A stretch of 64,000 bases of DNA from the human T2T-CHM13v2.0 reference genome, Homo sapiens, in assembly GCF_009914755.1 (NCBI RefSeq), contig NC_060936.1. One strand, written 5' to 3'. Position numbers and translations under genes: made by a program. The notes under the pieces are model-generated. The model ran no database searches, was not told where the DNA came from, and saw only the letters and a list, made by a program, of their open reading frames with translations. This document shows, in pieces, positions 38,870 through 54,200 of the stretch; position 1 is the first letter of the stretch; each line of letters opens with the position of its first letter.

Positions 38870-39015
38870 TATTTTACCTTTTTGTGTGTGAAGTCTTTGA
38901 AATCCTGTGTGTATTTTACACTCACAGCACATCTTAATTCAAACAGGGCCTTAGACGTGCCCTGGATCAGCCACGTGGCCACGTGTGGCGAGGGCTGTTG
39001 TGTGCTCAGGGCAGC
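38870..39015 (+). mobile_element. MER33-like fragment
   Basis: AAGTCTTTGAAATCCTGTGTGTATTTTACACTCACAGCACATCTTAATTC..GCCACGTGTGGC. Confidence 0.7.
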
Positions 39016-39474
39016 TCTGTTTCAGGATTTCTGAAACTTACTCACACGATATCTGATCCTGGAGGACACATGAACGGACATGTGCCCAGTGAGGGTTAGT
39101 TTGTAACCGGTGAGTGAACTTCAGCCCCCAGGGCTGCTCTTGTGGAAATGTTGTCTTGGGAGCTGGGTTTATGATCGCCTACCTATCTCTGGCTGACCTT
39201 CACAAGTTAGTTTGATTGGATTTCAGTAAAGACGGTTTTATCTCTTTTAATTTGAAATGCCTTTGTTTATGCTCAAGTCATTATTTTTTAGTGTTGTTTA
39301 TATCAGCCTTAATTTGACATTGTACCTACTTTGTAAAATATACAATCCTAGTGGGCTCCTCACCAGGTCAGCATGCTAGGCTGTTAATGCCTAGCACGCG
39401 TGATCAACGTAGGTTATGTTTTGGGATGGCATTACTATGTTGGTTTGTGATATTATAATATATCTTTTAAGTGT

Positions 39475-39783
39475 TTTTTTTTTTTCTTTATTAAAGGAGT
39501 CTCACTCTGTTGCCCAGGCTGGATGGAGTGCAGTGGCGTGATCGTGGCTCACTGCAGCCTCAAACTCGTGGGCTCAGACGATCCTCTCCCCCTCAGCCTC
39601 CTGGGTAGCTGGGACTACAGGCCCATGCCACCACACCTGGCTGAAATTTTGACTTTTTTTTTTTTGTGGAGATAAGGTCTCACTGCGTTGCCCAGGCTAC
39701 TCTTGAACTCCTGGCCTCAAGTAGTTCTCCTGCATCAACCTCCTAAAATGCTAGAATTACAGGCGTGAGCGTCTGTGCTGGCC
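39475..39783 (-). mobile_element. Alu (J-type)
   Basis: Diverged antisense dimer. Confidence 0.92.
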
Positions 39784-40629
39784 AGTTTCTGATATTATAA
39801 TATTGATTTGACATTTTCAAGAATTTGATTCATTTCACATTTCTGATCCTGAAATATATGTTGTGGGAAGTTTGAAAATATTTTATGTAGGATTTTGATT
39901 TCTTGCTACAATATGTAATAGATATTCAGGATGCAAACTTGAGTACTTCTAGTTCTAGTCCACGTTTAGAGCGCTTTGTCTAAATTCATCAGAATTTCAC
40001 CAGAAAATGTAAAAATTTCACCAAGAAGAAAAAAACACCCACGAACAAATTAAATGTGTATCTTAATGGACGCTTCTACCAGGAGAAGCAATGGTTATGG
40101 TTTAATATGTCTCCATTGGGCTCAAAACCCCTCATGCCTGTTTTCACACTCTTTTCCTAATAAGCATTCTTCTAAGAGGACATTATCTAAACTCAAATAT
40201 TTATTTATGAGCTATATTTAAAAAATCCTGTTTGAGTAAATATTGCTTGAAGCAGTTATCAAATTCAAACAAAAAAAAGCACAGTGTCATTCATAATGGC
40301 CCATCAATATGCTTTGCAAAGGCTAAGTTTTCAGGTGTTATCTTTAGAGTGAGGTTTTTCTTTTTTTTTTTTTCTTTTTTTTTTCTGGAAACTTTGAGTC
40401 ACCCCCTTCTGGGGCCTAATTTATCTACTTTGCCTTGGCACTTGTGAAAGAAAAGTAACTTCTTCAAGTTGCTGTGTTAGGCAAAACCTAAAGTGTAATT
40501 TTACTTTGTGTACATTTACTCATCAAAATTCTTTTGGAAATTAAAATATAGAAAGCAAGACAGATCTCATTGGCTGTCACAAGTGCAGTTCCTGTACAGG
40601 TGAGCTCCACAAGTCAGTGCAGATGTTAG

Positions 40630-41248
<619 letters not shown>

Positions 41249-41734
41249 ACTAATCATTTTTAATAGCTTCTATGAAGGTGAGCCCTCATTGGGGATTTCT
41301 GGATGGAACTGCAAATGTTCTTTATGTCTGTGTGGGTTTTTTTGTTTGTTTGTTTGCCCCCATGTGAGATCCCTGGGAATTGAGAAGTTTGAAAGGAACT
41401 CAGAAGTATGAAAAACGCATCCATTCCAGAGCATAGATCTTGAGTTTACTTTTTCCATGACCCGGGGCTCAAATGTGTGGTACCATCACAAGTATTGTTT
41501 GTAATTCATTAAATTGCCCAGGCAGAGCATGGTAGGGGAATCTTCTGAATAAAATGAACAATCATTCTGAGTTGTTTACTCCATACATTTAATTGTTTAA
41601 AAAAACAAAAATCTTCTCTGGAAATTTCCTGTTGATGTTCCTGTTTCTTGAGTCGCCCCAGTAGATGGGGTGCCACACTCTCATCCTTTTATTTTGTGAA
41701 GGGTCACGGGTTGTTCTTTTAAATTTATTTAACT

Positions 41735-41852
41735 ATTTATTTTTTAGACGAGTCTTGTTCTGTCCCCCACGCTGGAGTGCAGTGGTGCGATCTCAGCTCA
41801 CTGCAGCCTCCGAAAGTGCTGGGATTACAGGTGTGAGTCCCCGCGCCTGGCC
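41735..41852 (-). mobile_element. Internally deleted Alu
   Basis: Right-arm CACTGCAGCCTCC joined to left-arm GAAAGTGCTGGG. Confidence 0.88.
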
Positions 41853-41951
41853 GGATTGTGTTAACTTCATCTCTATTGCTGCTCCATATTGGACCTGACA
41901 GAATCCTACCCCAGTCTAGTTTCAACATTTCTTTCTCATCTCACCCACGTA

Positions 41952-42028
41952 TTTTCTTTTACTTTCCTTCTTTCTTTCTTTCTTTCTTTCCCTTTCTTTC
42001 TTTCTTTTCTTTCTTTCTTTCTTTTCTT

Positions 42029-42059
<31 letters not shown>

Positions 42060-42190
42060 CTTTCCTTTCTTCCTTTCTTTCCTTCTTTCCCTCTTTCCTT
42101 CTTTCTTTCCTTCTTTCTTTTTTTCTTTCCTTCTTTCCTTCCATCCTTCCTTCTTTCTTTCTTTCCTTCTTTCTTCTTCTTTTTTTTTTA
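41952..42190. repeat. Complex (CTTT/CT/CCTT)n polypyrimidine tract
   Basis: About 240 bp of almost pure C/T. Confidence 0.96.
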
Positions 42191-42232
42191 ATTGTTCTCC
42201 TACCCAAGGAGGAAGACTGGCAGCTCAGCTAG

Positions 42233-42736
<504 letters not shown>

Positions 42737-44520
42737 TCATATTCCAGAATCCCAACTCTTGAAAACCTCTTTCTTTGTTGTTAAAATGTTGTGAAGTGTT
42801 AGTGTCTGGACATTTTTTTTCTATGAAAAATGATTAAAGTACTTCCTAGTAAAAAAAGAAAAGAAAAGAAAAGAAAAATTGTTCTTTGTGTGGTTGGTTC
42901 CATTGCAGGAGTTCAGTGGCAAGGCTGAATCTCCCCACACCTCGCCTTCCTTTTGAATATTACTTTCTTTTTTTTTTATGCACGATAACAGATTTCTAAG
43001 GGAAAAGAGTAGAGGGAGGAAAAAAGACACTGTGACCTTGAAAAGTGCCCAATTTCTTTGTGTTTTGTGGCATAAATATATTTTGCAACTTTATATGTAT
43101 GGGCCATCATTTCTTTTAAGCAGTTTGTAATCGTTTTACAAGTAGTTTTTACAAAGCCACAATCTGAAGTTGTATTATAATTTCAGAACAAAAACTATTA
43201 TTTTTGTCATCTGTAGAGCATAAAATTGTGCCTGTATTTCAAAAATAATCTATTGTGGTTTCCATTTGCAGAAAGTTTAATTTTAGAAGGTGAATCTCTG
43301 GCTTATGTTTAGTCAAAGAATGGGAAGTTCTTTGGTTGATGTTATTTCCAGCATGAAAAGGTATCAGTTAGTCCTTGGGTCTGTTAGAAGTCCATCTATT
43401 TATAGGTATCTATCCAATAGGATCCTGGCTTTTTATATCCAGTAATGAGCCAAAGAGGTAACAGTTGCTGATAGACACACCTCAGTGTTTGCCATTGTGT
43501 GCACTGATGAGCTAATCTGCAAGGCAGGCCGTACACAAGGACTTTGACTCATGTTATTTCAAGGCAGAGAGAACAATAATAAATATTGAGCAAAGAAAGC
43601 TAATTTGTATTTGTTACACTTTCATATAGAAAATGTTTTTCAAAATCAATATAAGCCAATTGGCTTTTGCCAGATTTCTTTTATTGCAATGATTACAAAT
43701 AACTCAGGTCCAGACTTCCTTTATACTGCAACTTTATTTCCTCTGTTTGCCTGGATGAGATCTGAAAATACCATTTATGCAACGCTTTTCAAATGATTAG
43801 AAAAATGATGCTCAGAGATGTGGGAAGATCAGCAGATAAGTCCAGAAATCTTCACTTTCAGTCAATTCCTTCTGCTGACAGAGCTGAGATACAAGTTTAA
43901 CTCTTTTTTTTTTTTTTTTTTTTGGTGGAAAAAGGAGTTTCTTGACAGGAACATTTTGAGTTTATGTATTGCTAATTGCAGAGCCTATTTCCAATGAAAA
44001 TAGTGACAAAAACTATAAACTCTATGTTGCCTCACCTTATATTTATCTAGGATTATGCTGAATCTGTTATTGTCAAACACTTATATTAAGTTATATTAAG
44101 TTAAATGCCATGGTGTTCTATTGTGAGTGCTTTACCATCCATCTTCAAGATGTTGCCAGGCGAGTGTTTTGGACACAGGGTTGTTTTAGGAAGAAACACT
44201 CCAAGCTTCCACTACACTCCAGTAACAGCTCTTCCAGCTTTCCAGGGAAATTATAATTCAGCACAAGGAGTAGTTTAGGGCTCTGAACTGCAATTTCTAA
44301 TTTCAATGGTCGCCTTTAGCCTTTTTTTTTTTTTCATTAAAGTTAATGTCTTTTTTAACTGGTAGAGAAGAGGTCTTTGAAACTCTCTCTTAAAGGTTTA
44401 CTATTTTAAGGGCATTTGGAATACCACACATACCTGCTTGCACGATGAAGTGGGGAGGAGAGGCAAGACTTCTGGAGGCTTGAGATGCTTCCTGTAGTGA
44501 AATACAAAATGCGATGCTAA

Positions 44521-44946
<426 letters not shown>

Positions 44947-46061
44947 TGATTGTCTCGCCCTTGGCAGGGCTACTTCACTTTAGCTTGTGTCCCAAAATAT
45001 AAAACTGAAGTGGGGACAACGTCCAACGTGGATCAGCATACCCCATGCAGTGCCGAGGGCTCCCTGGTGCCCTAAAGACCACACTGTATCCCTACACCGA
45101 GGAAGGACAGGGGTGTGTCTTCTGTGACCTCCAGGGATCTAGCTAGTTCAGTCACTTAATGCATTGATCAGGCTTAGGTCACATGACAAAAAGACATCCA
45201 TTTTTGGACTCTTTCACCAAAATGACGGCCTGTTTTGATCACTTGAGAGAAACCGTCCTTGGCATGGACTTGCTCCATCACTCTGCTCCTGCCTCCACCT
45301 TTCCATCTAAACGTCACCTTAAAAATATTCCTGCCACTGTTTCAAAATGAACTGGAGAAATGGATTCAATTTCTCTCTAGTAGTTTTGTGACATTCCACC
45401 AGAAAACATGGCAAGGAATAGTAAGTTGATATCTTGGTACAAATATCCATATCCGTCATGCAAGGGCCGCCTTTTGCTTGGTGCCAGGGAGGTAACTTAC
45501 CAGACGCTTTCCACCCGGCTGTCCTCCCTTGCCTGGAAGGATCTGCCTCCTGGGGCCTGTCTTTGGTTTCCCAACATATTGGCAGCTCCTCCTTCTCCTC
45601 CTGCTCCTTTCTTCTTTTTTTCTGGGGGTGGTGGAAGCAGTCTTCCCCTCAGGGATGCATAAGCCATAACATGCTTCCCCAAACCTCCACCTCCACGCAG
45701 GGGCGGGAGCTGCATCAGCTGGGCCGGCACTGGCATGCTCTCTGGCTGAACTTCAGTAATGTCTCCACTAATATAGCAAGTGTAAAATTGCAAAATTGCA
45801 TTAGGCCTCATTTAAGAGACTTTTTGTGTGTGTGCTTCTTACCTTATAGATGCTGTATTTTTAATGGCAAAACCTATTAAAAAGCAGAAGTAATGCTTTG
45901 CTCTTACAGAGTAATAAGTCTATGAGCAGCTGTGTAGATGATTCTCAGTGATGTTTTCCAGGACGGCTTTTTTTGTTAATGACCTTCATTTTATTTCTAA
46001 AAAGCAGTTGTCATGCACTGTCCAATGTACTTTTCTTTTCTCTCTCCCCTCCTTTCAAAAG

Positions 46062-46098
46062 CCGCATGCTAAGGGTAAGGTCTATGTCCAGAGTCAAG
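46062..46098 (+). CDS. GLT1D1: GLT1D1 exon 5, PHAKGKVYVQSQ(G)
   Basis: Long pyrimidine tract then AAG acceptor; AAG|GTAAGA donor; 37 nt, phase 0 to 1. Confidence 0.92.
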
Positions 46099-46301
46099 GT
46101 AAGATTTTTAAAATATTTATTTACTTATGTACAGGGATAGAGAATGAATATATCAAAATAGATGCATATTTATATGTGATAAATATATATATATATTTAA
46201 AAGAATAAGTTTGCATCCTTAAGAGACACATATTGAGATGTTTATGAAGGAGATAATATGATTTCTCAGATTTACTTAAAAATAATCAGTGAAATGGCTA
46301 C

Positions 46302-46555
46302 TTTTTTTTTTCTTTTTTGAGACAAGGTCTGGCTCTGTCGCCTAGGCTGGAGTGCGGTTGTGCGATCTCGGCTTACTGCAACCTCTGCCTCCTGGGTTAA
46401 AGCGTTTCTCTAGCCTCAGCCCCCCCAGTAGCTGGGACTATAGGCAGGCATGAGCCGCCATGCCCAGCTGATTTTTTTTGTATTCCTTGTAGAAATGGGG
46501 TTTCGCCATGTTGCCCAGGTTGGTCTTGAACTCCTGGGCTCAAGCAATCTGCCTG
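46302..46555 (-). mobile_element. 5'-truncated Alu (J-type)
   Basis: Ends at CAATCTGCCTG; TSD AATGGCTAC. Confidence 0.9.
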
Positions 46556-46845
46556 AGAATGGCTACATTGTTAAGATTTTTCTAACATTAGAATAAAAGA
46601 TAAATAGGAGAAATTATAAAATAATGATTTAAAATGCGGATCACTTAACATTTTCTGCCAGTAGAAGTACGATATACTCCATCAGCAGTATGTTTGGAAA
46701 AAACAAACCAAACCAAATGCGGAGCTTCTGTTTCAGCTGACTTGAGTTGGGGGAACTGGAACTCTTCTCCCTTCATACTCCTCCTTCCTCCCTGCCCAAT
46801 TCTGCCCCTATGGTGGCATCTGAGGCCCTTCATCAAACCCTCTGA

Positions 46846-47158
<313 letters not shown>

Positions 47159-47389
47159 TCTCTAAACACAGTTTGTAAACCACTGTACTACATGATAGAA
47201 ATAATGGAAAGACTAGATCCAAGGAAGAACATGTAATTGGCCCCAAGCTCAGGTTAGAACGAGTGCAGAGGCTGAGGCCAGGCGTTCGGGCCTCCTGAGG
47301 ACTTCCATGGTGCTCAGGCGCACCTTAGTGAGGCACGGCATCCTGTCATCACCGTGTCCTTGCTGCATTGGCTTCAGTGACATTTTTAG

Positions 47390-47620
47390 CTGGTGCAGCA
47401 GGAAAAACCTGGGCTCTGAGGCAGCGCGTAGGTTTGAACACAGCGTCTACCACCTCCACCCTGCGCATTTTGAAGTGCGTTTAACCTCTTTGAACATCAG
47501 TGTCCAGCTGGATAAACTGGAGGAAGCAGTCTGCTCAGTGGGCCTTTAAGGGTTACAGTGGAGTATGGAAAGCGCCTACATGCAGTCGGAGCCCAGGGCT
47601 GGCTTGAAATGGGCGCTTGT
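47390..47620 (+). mobile_element. MIR (diverged)
   Basis: TGGGCTCTGAGGCAG..GGTTTGAA..TTTAACCTCTTTGAACATCAGT..ATAAACTGGAG core-like pattern. Confidence 0.6.
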
Positions 47621-48174
47621 TAAATAGCCGCTGTCAGTATGATTCAGTGTGAATAACGATTATGCAGGTGGATTTTGGAGGTGGTTAGATGACTTGATTT
47701 ACTTACATTTTATAAAATTTCAAAATGTTTCTGTTACCAAGATAACGTGTTAGACGTTGCCTCTGAATTTCTAAATTGTAAAATAGTCATTTTTTTTTTC
47801 AGCAAAAATTAAATGTAACTTCTCTCTCTGAAGAAGTAATAGCCAACAGACCATCAGGCATGAGTTGGTGAGGGTTGAGAGTGGGAATTTTACAGGGAGG
47901 TATAATTTTCACATGGGGCTTAGCTGACAGTGTTTTTGAAACCTGTTACTTCCTGGCATTTTTAAGGAACTCAAGGTTTGTCTAACCCCTAACCCCGTTT
48001 GGGCCTGTCATGGATCCTGGGGCTGAAAGGGGTGCGTCTTTTCTCATGTGGAATCCATGGGCTCTTTTTAACCCTCCTGTGCTGAAGGATTCATGGGACT
48101 TCAGTGACACACTCAGAGCATCGAGCGGCTTTATAAAAACCAGGTGCTACTGTTATTTAAACTTCAACACAAGT

Positions 48175-48627
<453 letters not shown>

Positions 48628-49005
48628 GTGAGACATGAGATCTTCTTAGAGGATTTTGATGAAGTGCATCTTGTCAGTTACTTTCAGGAGCTTGTGACGT
48701 TCATGCGGTTTTGAAAAAGTGGTTGTCAGAGAGAACAAGGTTCATTTCCCTCTGTCTGCGGCTTCATGAGTAGTTTTATCCTTTTGAGGAACAGCAGGGC
48801 TAGAAAGCCAGAGAGACAGGGGCTCTGGCCCTTTCTGATGCTGTTTTTAGCACCTGCTTTCCAAATTTTCAGTATCATTTCCTGTGACATTTGTTCTTTA
48901 TAAGAATAACAACCTCATGTGTTCATTTTATTTTACTTTACTAATTATACACGTAGTTAAATTACCATTGTAGAAAAATGAGAAAATATCAGAATATGCA
49001 ACACA

Positions 49006-49300
49006 TTTTTTTTTTTTTTTGAGATGGAGTCTCGTTCTGTTGCCCAGGCTGGAGTGCAGTGGTGTGATCTAGACTCACTGCAGCCTCTACCTCCCGGGTT
49101 CAAGTGATTCTCCTGCCTCAGCCTCCTAAGTAGCTGGTACTACATGCATGCGCCACCATGCCTGGCTAATTTTTGTATTTTTAATGGAGACGGGGTTTTG
49201 CCGTATTGGCCAGGCTGGTCTCGAACTCCTGATCAGGTGATCCACCCACCTCAGCCTCCCAAAGTGCTGGGAATCCAGGCATGAGCCACTGGGCCTGGCC
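49006..49300 (-). mobile_element. Alu (S-type) downstream of exon 6
   Basis: Full antisense dimer; TSD ATGCAACA. Confidence 0.95.
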
Positions 49301-49489
49301 AAAAAATGCAACAAAAATTTTAATCACTTGAAATTTCATCACCAAAAAGAAACTGCTATTAATGTTTGATGTGATCTTTCTCAACAATTTACATGTAAAT
49401 AATGATGTTTAAAAGACAAAGTCAAGCTTCACTTACTACTCTAACCTGCCTTCTTTGCTCATTATGTCAGTAGAATAGAGTGAACTCAT

Positions 49490-50990
49490 CCTTTTTTTAA
49501 AATAATTCTATAGTTTGTATGCAGTGAAATGCAGAGATCTCAAGTGTAAAATTAGGCAAATGTTTGACAAATGTATATACCCATGTGACAAATACCCCAA
49601 TCAAGATAGATAACATTTCCACCACTCAAGAAAGTTCTCTCATGCCCTCTTCCATATTTAATTTCTGTCTCTTTATAGGCGATTCCTAGTCTAATTTTTC
49701 TTATCTTAGATTAGTTTTACCTGTTCTTGAACTTCATCTAAGTGGAGTCATGCATTGAATAATTTTTTGTATCTGGCTTTCTTTGTTCAACTAATGTGTT
49801 TGAGATTTATCCCTATTGTGTGTATCTGTAGACCTTTTTTCTTAGTATTCTATTTTGGAATGGTGTATTTCATTCCATATATCACAAATTGTTTATCTCT
49901 TCTTCTATTGATGAACTTTTAGCTTGTTTTCCATTTTTAACCGTTACAAATACATTTACTATGAATATCCTTGTGCAAGGTTTTTTGGTGACCTATGTTT
50001 TCACTTCTCTTGGATAAATGCCTCTAAGTCAAATAGCTTGACTATATGATTAACATTATAAAAAATATCCAAACAGTTCTCCAAGGTGTGCCATCTTACA
50101 CTTCCACAGAAGCTGACAAGAGCTTCAGTTACTCCACATTCTTGCCCACCGGTGGAGTAGACAGTCTTTTCAATTTTAGTTGTTCTAGGGAGATAATGAA
50201 ATGGTGTCTCATTGTCATTCTTCTAAGTTTCATTTCCCTGATGATTAATTTTGTTCAGCACCTTTTTATGTGCGCGTTGGCCATTCATGTATCTTGTTTC
50301 GTGAGTGTCTAGCCAATTGTGTGTGTGTGTCTTCTAATTATTGGTTTGTAGAACTTCCTTATATTCTAGGTACAAGCCTTTTGTCAGATAAATATATTGT
50401 TAATATTTTCTCCCATTATCTGGTTTATATTTTTGTTTGCTTAACCATGTCTTTTGAAGAGCAGAAGAGGCTTAAATTTTATTGAAGTCGAGTTTATCAA
50501 ACTTTTTCTTTGATGGTTAGTGCTTTTGAGTCCTGTCTACAAAATCTTTACCTACCCTAGGGTCACAAAGATGTTTTTCTTTCTTTTTAAAATGTCTTTA
50601 GAAGTTTTAGTGCTGTAGCTCTTTCATTTAAGATTATAAATCCATCTGAAATTACTATTTGTGTGTTGTATGAGGTAGGGATCTGTTTTTTTTTCTTAAC
50701 AATATCCAGATGGTTCCGGCGTCATTTATTGGAAATGTTTTTCTTTGCCCATTGAATTGCTCTGGTGCCTTCGTTGAAAGTCAGTTTACTGTATGTGGCC
50801 TTCCATTATCTATGCCTATCTTTATTCCAATATCATGCTGTTTTGTTGGTATAGGGTAATAGTAAGTCTAGAAACCAAGTAGTGTTAGTCAATAACTTTG
50901 TTTCAGAATTATTTTAGCTATTCTAGGTTTTTTGCATATCAATTTAAATTTGGGGCTCAACTCATCAATTTCTGTAAAATCCTGTTACAT
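49490..50990 (-). mobile_element. Old L1M (MC/MD/ME-type) 3' region, about 1.5 kb
   Basis: TTTGACAAATGTATATACCCATGT, AATCAAGATAGATAACATTTCC, TTCCTTATATTCTAGGTACAAGCCTTTTGTCAGATA and TGCCCATTGAATTGCTCTGGTGCCTT. Confidence 0.85.
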
Positions 50991-51215
50991 TGAACCTCCA
51001 CCTCCTGGCTTCAAGCGATTCTCCTGCCTTAGCCTCTCAAGTAGCTGGGATTACAGGCACGCCCCACCACACCTGGCTAATTTTCTGTATTTTTTGGAGA
51101 GAGAGGGTTTTCACCATGTTGGCCAGGCTGGTCTTCAACTCCTGAGCTCAAGTAAGCCATCTGCCTCAGCTTCCCAAAGTGCCGGGATTACAGGCATGAG
51201 CCACCTCGCCTAGCC
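50991..51215 (-). mobile_element. Alu lacking its 3' end and tail
   Basis: Begins mid right arm (AACCTCCACCTCC), directly against the L1. Confidence 0.9.
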
Positions 51216-51323
51216 TCCTGCTGCAAACTTCTAAGAAGAGACTGAAGATGCAAAATCAATTCTCTGCCCTCAGCAAACAGAAAGACACCCCAAGTCTGTT
51301 TTCATGCTAAAGACTTGAAACAA

Positions 51324-52136
51324 GAAGACATACATGCAGCCAAAAAACATATGAAAAAAGTTCATCATCCACTGATCATTAGAGAAATGCAAATCGAAAC
51401 CACAATGAGATAACATCGCACATCAGTCAGAATGGCGATTATTAAGAGGCCAAAAAACAACAGATGCTGGCGAGCTTGTGGAGAAATAAGAACGCTTTTG
51501 CCCTGTTAGTGGGGATGTAAATTAGTTCAACCGTTTTGGAAGACAGTGTGGCAATTCCACAAAGATACTATTTGACCCAGCAATCCCATTACTGGGTATA
51601 TACCCAAAGGAATATATATCATTCTGTTATAAAGATACATGCACGTGTATGTTCATTGCAGCACTATTCACAATAGCAAAGACATGGAATCAACCCAAAT
51701 GCCCATCAGTGATAGACTGGATAAAGAAAATGTGGTACATAGACACCGTGGAATACTATGCAGCCATAAAAACGAACAAGATCATGTCCTTTGCAGGAAC
51801 ATGGATGAAGCTGGAAGCCGTTATCCTCAGCAAACTAAGGCAGGAACAGAAAACCAAACACCGCATGTTCTCAACTTATAAGTGGGAGCTGAACAATGAG
51901 AACATGTGGACACAGGGAGGGGAATAACACACACTGGGACCTGTCAGGAGAGGGTAGGGCTGGGGGCATCAGGAGAGCATCAGGAAAAATAGCTAATGCA
52001 TGCTGGGCTTAATACCTAGGTGATGGGTTGATAGATGCAGCAAACCACCATGGCACACGTTTACCTGTGTAACACACCTGCACATCCTGCACACGTATCC
52101 TGGAACTTAAAATAAAATAAGATAAAATGAAACAAA
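51324..52136 (+). mobile_element. 5'-truncated L1PA-type element (ORF2 C-terminus remnant and 3' UTR)
   Basis: 15-bp TSD AAAGACTTGAAACAA (51309-51323 and 52137-52151); MFIAALFTIAKTWNQPKCPS peptide; A-rich tail. Confidence 0.95.
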
Positions 52137-53577
52137 AAAGACTTGAAACAAAGCCTCTACCACATACTCTATGTCAGTATTAAGTTCTATTGAAAAGAAA
52201 AATTTCCAAGCATTTTATCAGAAATAATTTTCGTAGTGTATTCATCAATCTCAGCCACACTAGCATGGCTGTTCTCAGTATTACAGATGAACCCACACGA
52301 CCTCAGCTGCTTTGTCATGTCAGTTACATGTACCATTATTCAGAACGAGTGGGCCCATTTTCAATTTCCTGTTGTAAGGTTAGTCTGTCTTCAATCTATC
52401 ACAGGACGCAATGGCGTTGTAACTAAGATTCATAATTTCCAGTAGGAGAATGATTTGTCATCACATTCCATAGTCTCAGGGTTGACTGTTTCGTTGGTCT
52501 TGCTATTGAATGATTAAGGGAACAGCCAGGAGATTTTAAACACTCCTTACAAAGCGTTTTCCTCTGGAGACCTACTTGGCTGCTGCTTAATCTTAATGTG
52601 TGCAATTAGAAGTTGTAAATGTATTCAGAATATATGGGCTTAGAGAGACTGGTTGTGGCTCTGATAGCTGACAGTGGCAGATAACGGCTTAAGGGTAGAT
52701 GTAGGATTAATCTGCGTCTCTGGGTTTTATGATCAGGCATCTGTTCGCATTTGTGCCATCGTTTGTCTTTGTCGTCTCTCAGGCTCTGGGGATGGGCCGT
52801 CCTCATCAACCTTACTCTATCTTCCCTTGGCCTCTGGAGCATTGGAAACCTGTGACTGTGATTTGTCCCTCCCACTTGGAGCTTCAGACAGTGAAAACAG
52901 AAGGTAGAGTGAAGTTGGTAGACACTATTAGTGATCAGATACCGTCTGCCTTCTCACCAACTATTAACCTTGAAATCAGGGGGAGTGGGTGGGAAGGGCT
53001 TCATTTAACACTGCATATAAACAGTTGAGTGATTGATTAGTCACCAGGGTGTGTAGTGTGCTTCTTAAATGTCTGATGTCCACGTGGCGATGCATTCTCC
53101 TCTTCCGGCATGTCACAGGTTTTCTGACCATACTCAATTCTATCTCTAAGCCCCAGCTAAAGAATGAGTAAGTCTCCTTAATTTAAAACATCAAACCCCT
53201 CTTATGCTTACCATTATCTCACATACAAACAGGTCAACTAAGAACAAATAAATAATAAAGCAGGTTAAGTGTAGTAAATGGCATGGTTGTAATTTTTTCA
53301 CACGATATTGACAATAGCTATTCTGATTGGAAGATAGATGTGTAGACATCAAATTAGTTACCTGGTCTTTGAGTTTTTCTGTGCATTTCTAGATACATTT
53401 TAAATGTGATGATTCCATGTTCTATGAATTTTGCCTTTAAATTTCAATAACCAACACATCTAAAGTCATGATTCCTTTCAGGCTATCAAACCTAAAACGT
53501 ATGAAAGCTTAAATTGACTGGGTAACTCCTTCCTGTTTTTCTGATTTCTGTTTTATTGTATTTCTAGTTTTATTGCT

Positions 53578-53581
<4 letters not shown>

Positions 53582-53619
<38 letters not shown>

Positions 53620-53635
53620 TCTATCTCTATCTCTC
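53582..53635. repeat. (CT)n microsatellite
   Basis: About 17 perfect units followed by a degenerate run. Confidence 0.95.
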
Positions 53636-53883
53636 TGTCAACTCTATTTGTATTTCTATAATGGAAACTCAAATTTGCCTAACTCAGATTGTAGCACTTT
53701 TCTTCCTCAGGCTAGTCCTAGGAAAACTCACTTGTTTTTTGTATGGAAAACTAGTGTTAGTAGAAGCCTTTATTCTTGCATAGCCCCCAAATCAGCTTTT
53801 TCAGCTATAATTTAGTAAGTCTAATGTGTTCGACTGAAGTACTTTTTTTTTGTAATAACAAGTGAAAAATAATGAAGAGTGTG

Positions 53884-54200
<317 letters not shown>

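Noticed and set aside
45690-45730. CCACGCAGGGGCGGGAG as a CTCF site or GC-box promoter before exon 5
   Set aside because: Poor fit to the CTCF core, no CpG island, and only a single short motif.
51649-51927. ORF MFIAALFTIAKTWNQPKCPS
   Set aside because: C-terminal remnant of L1 ORF2 in a 5'-truncated, internally deleted element; not a host gene or an active L1.
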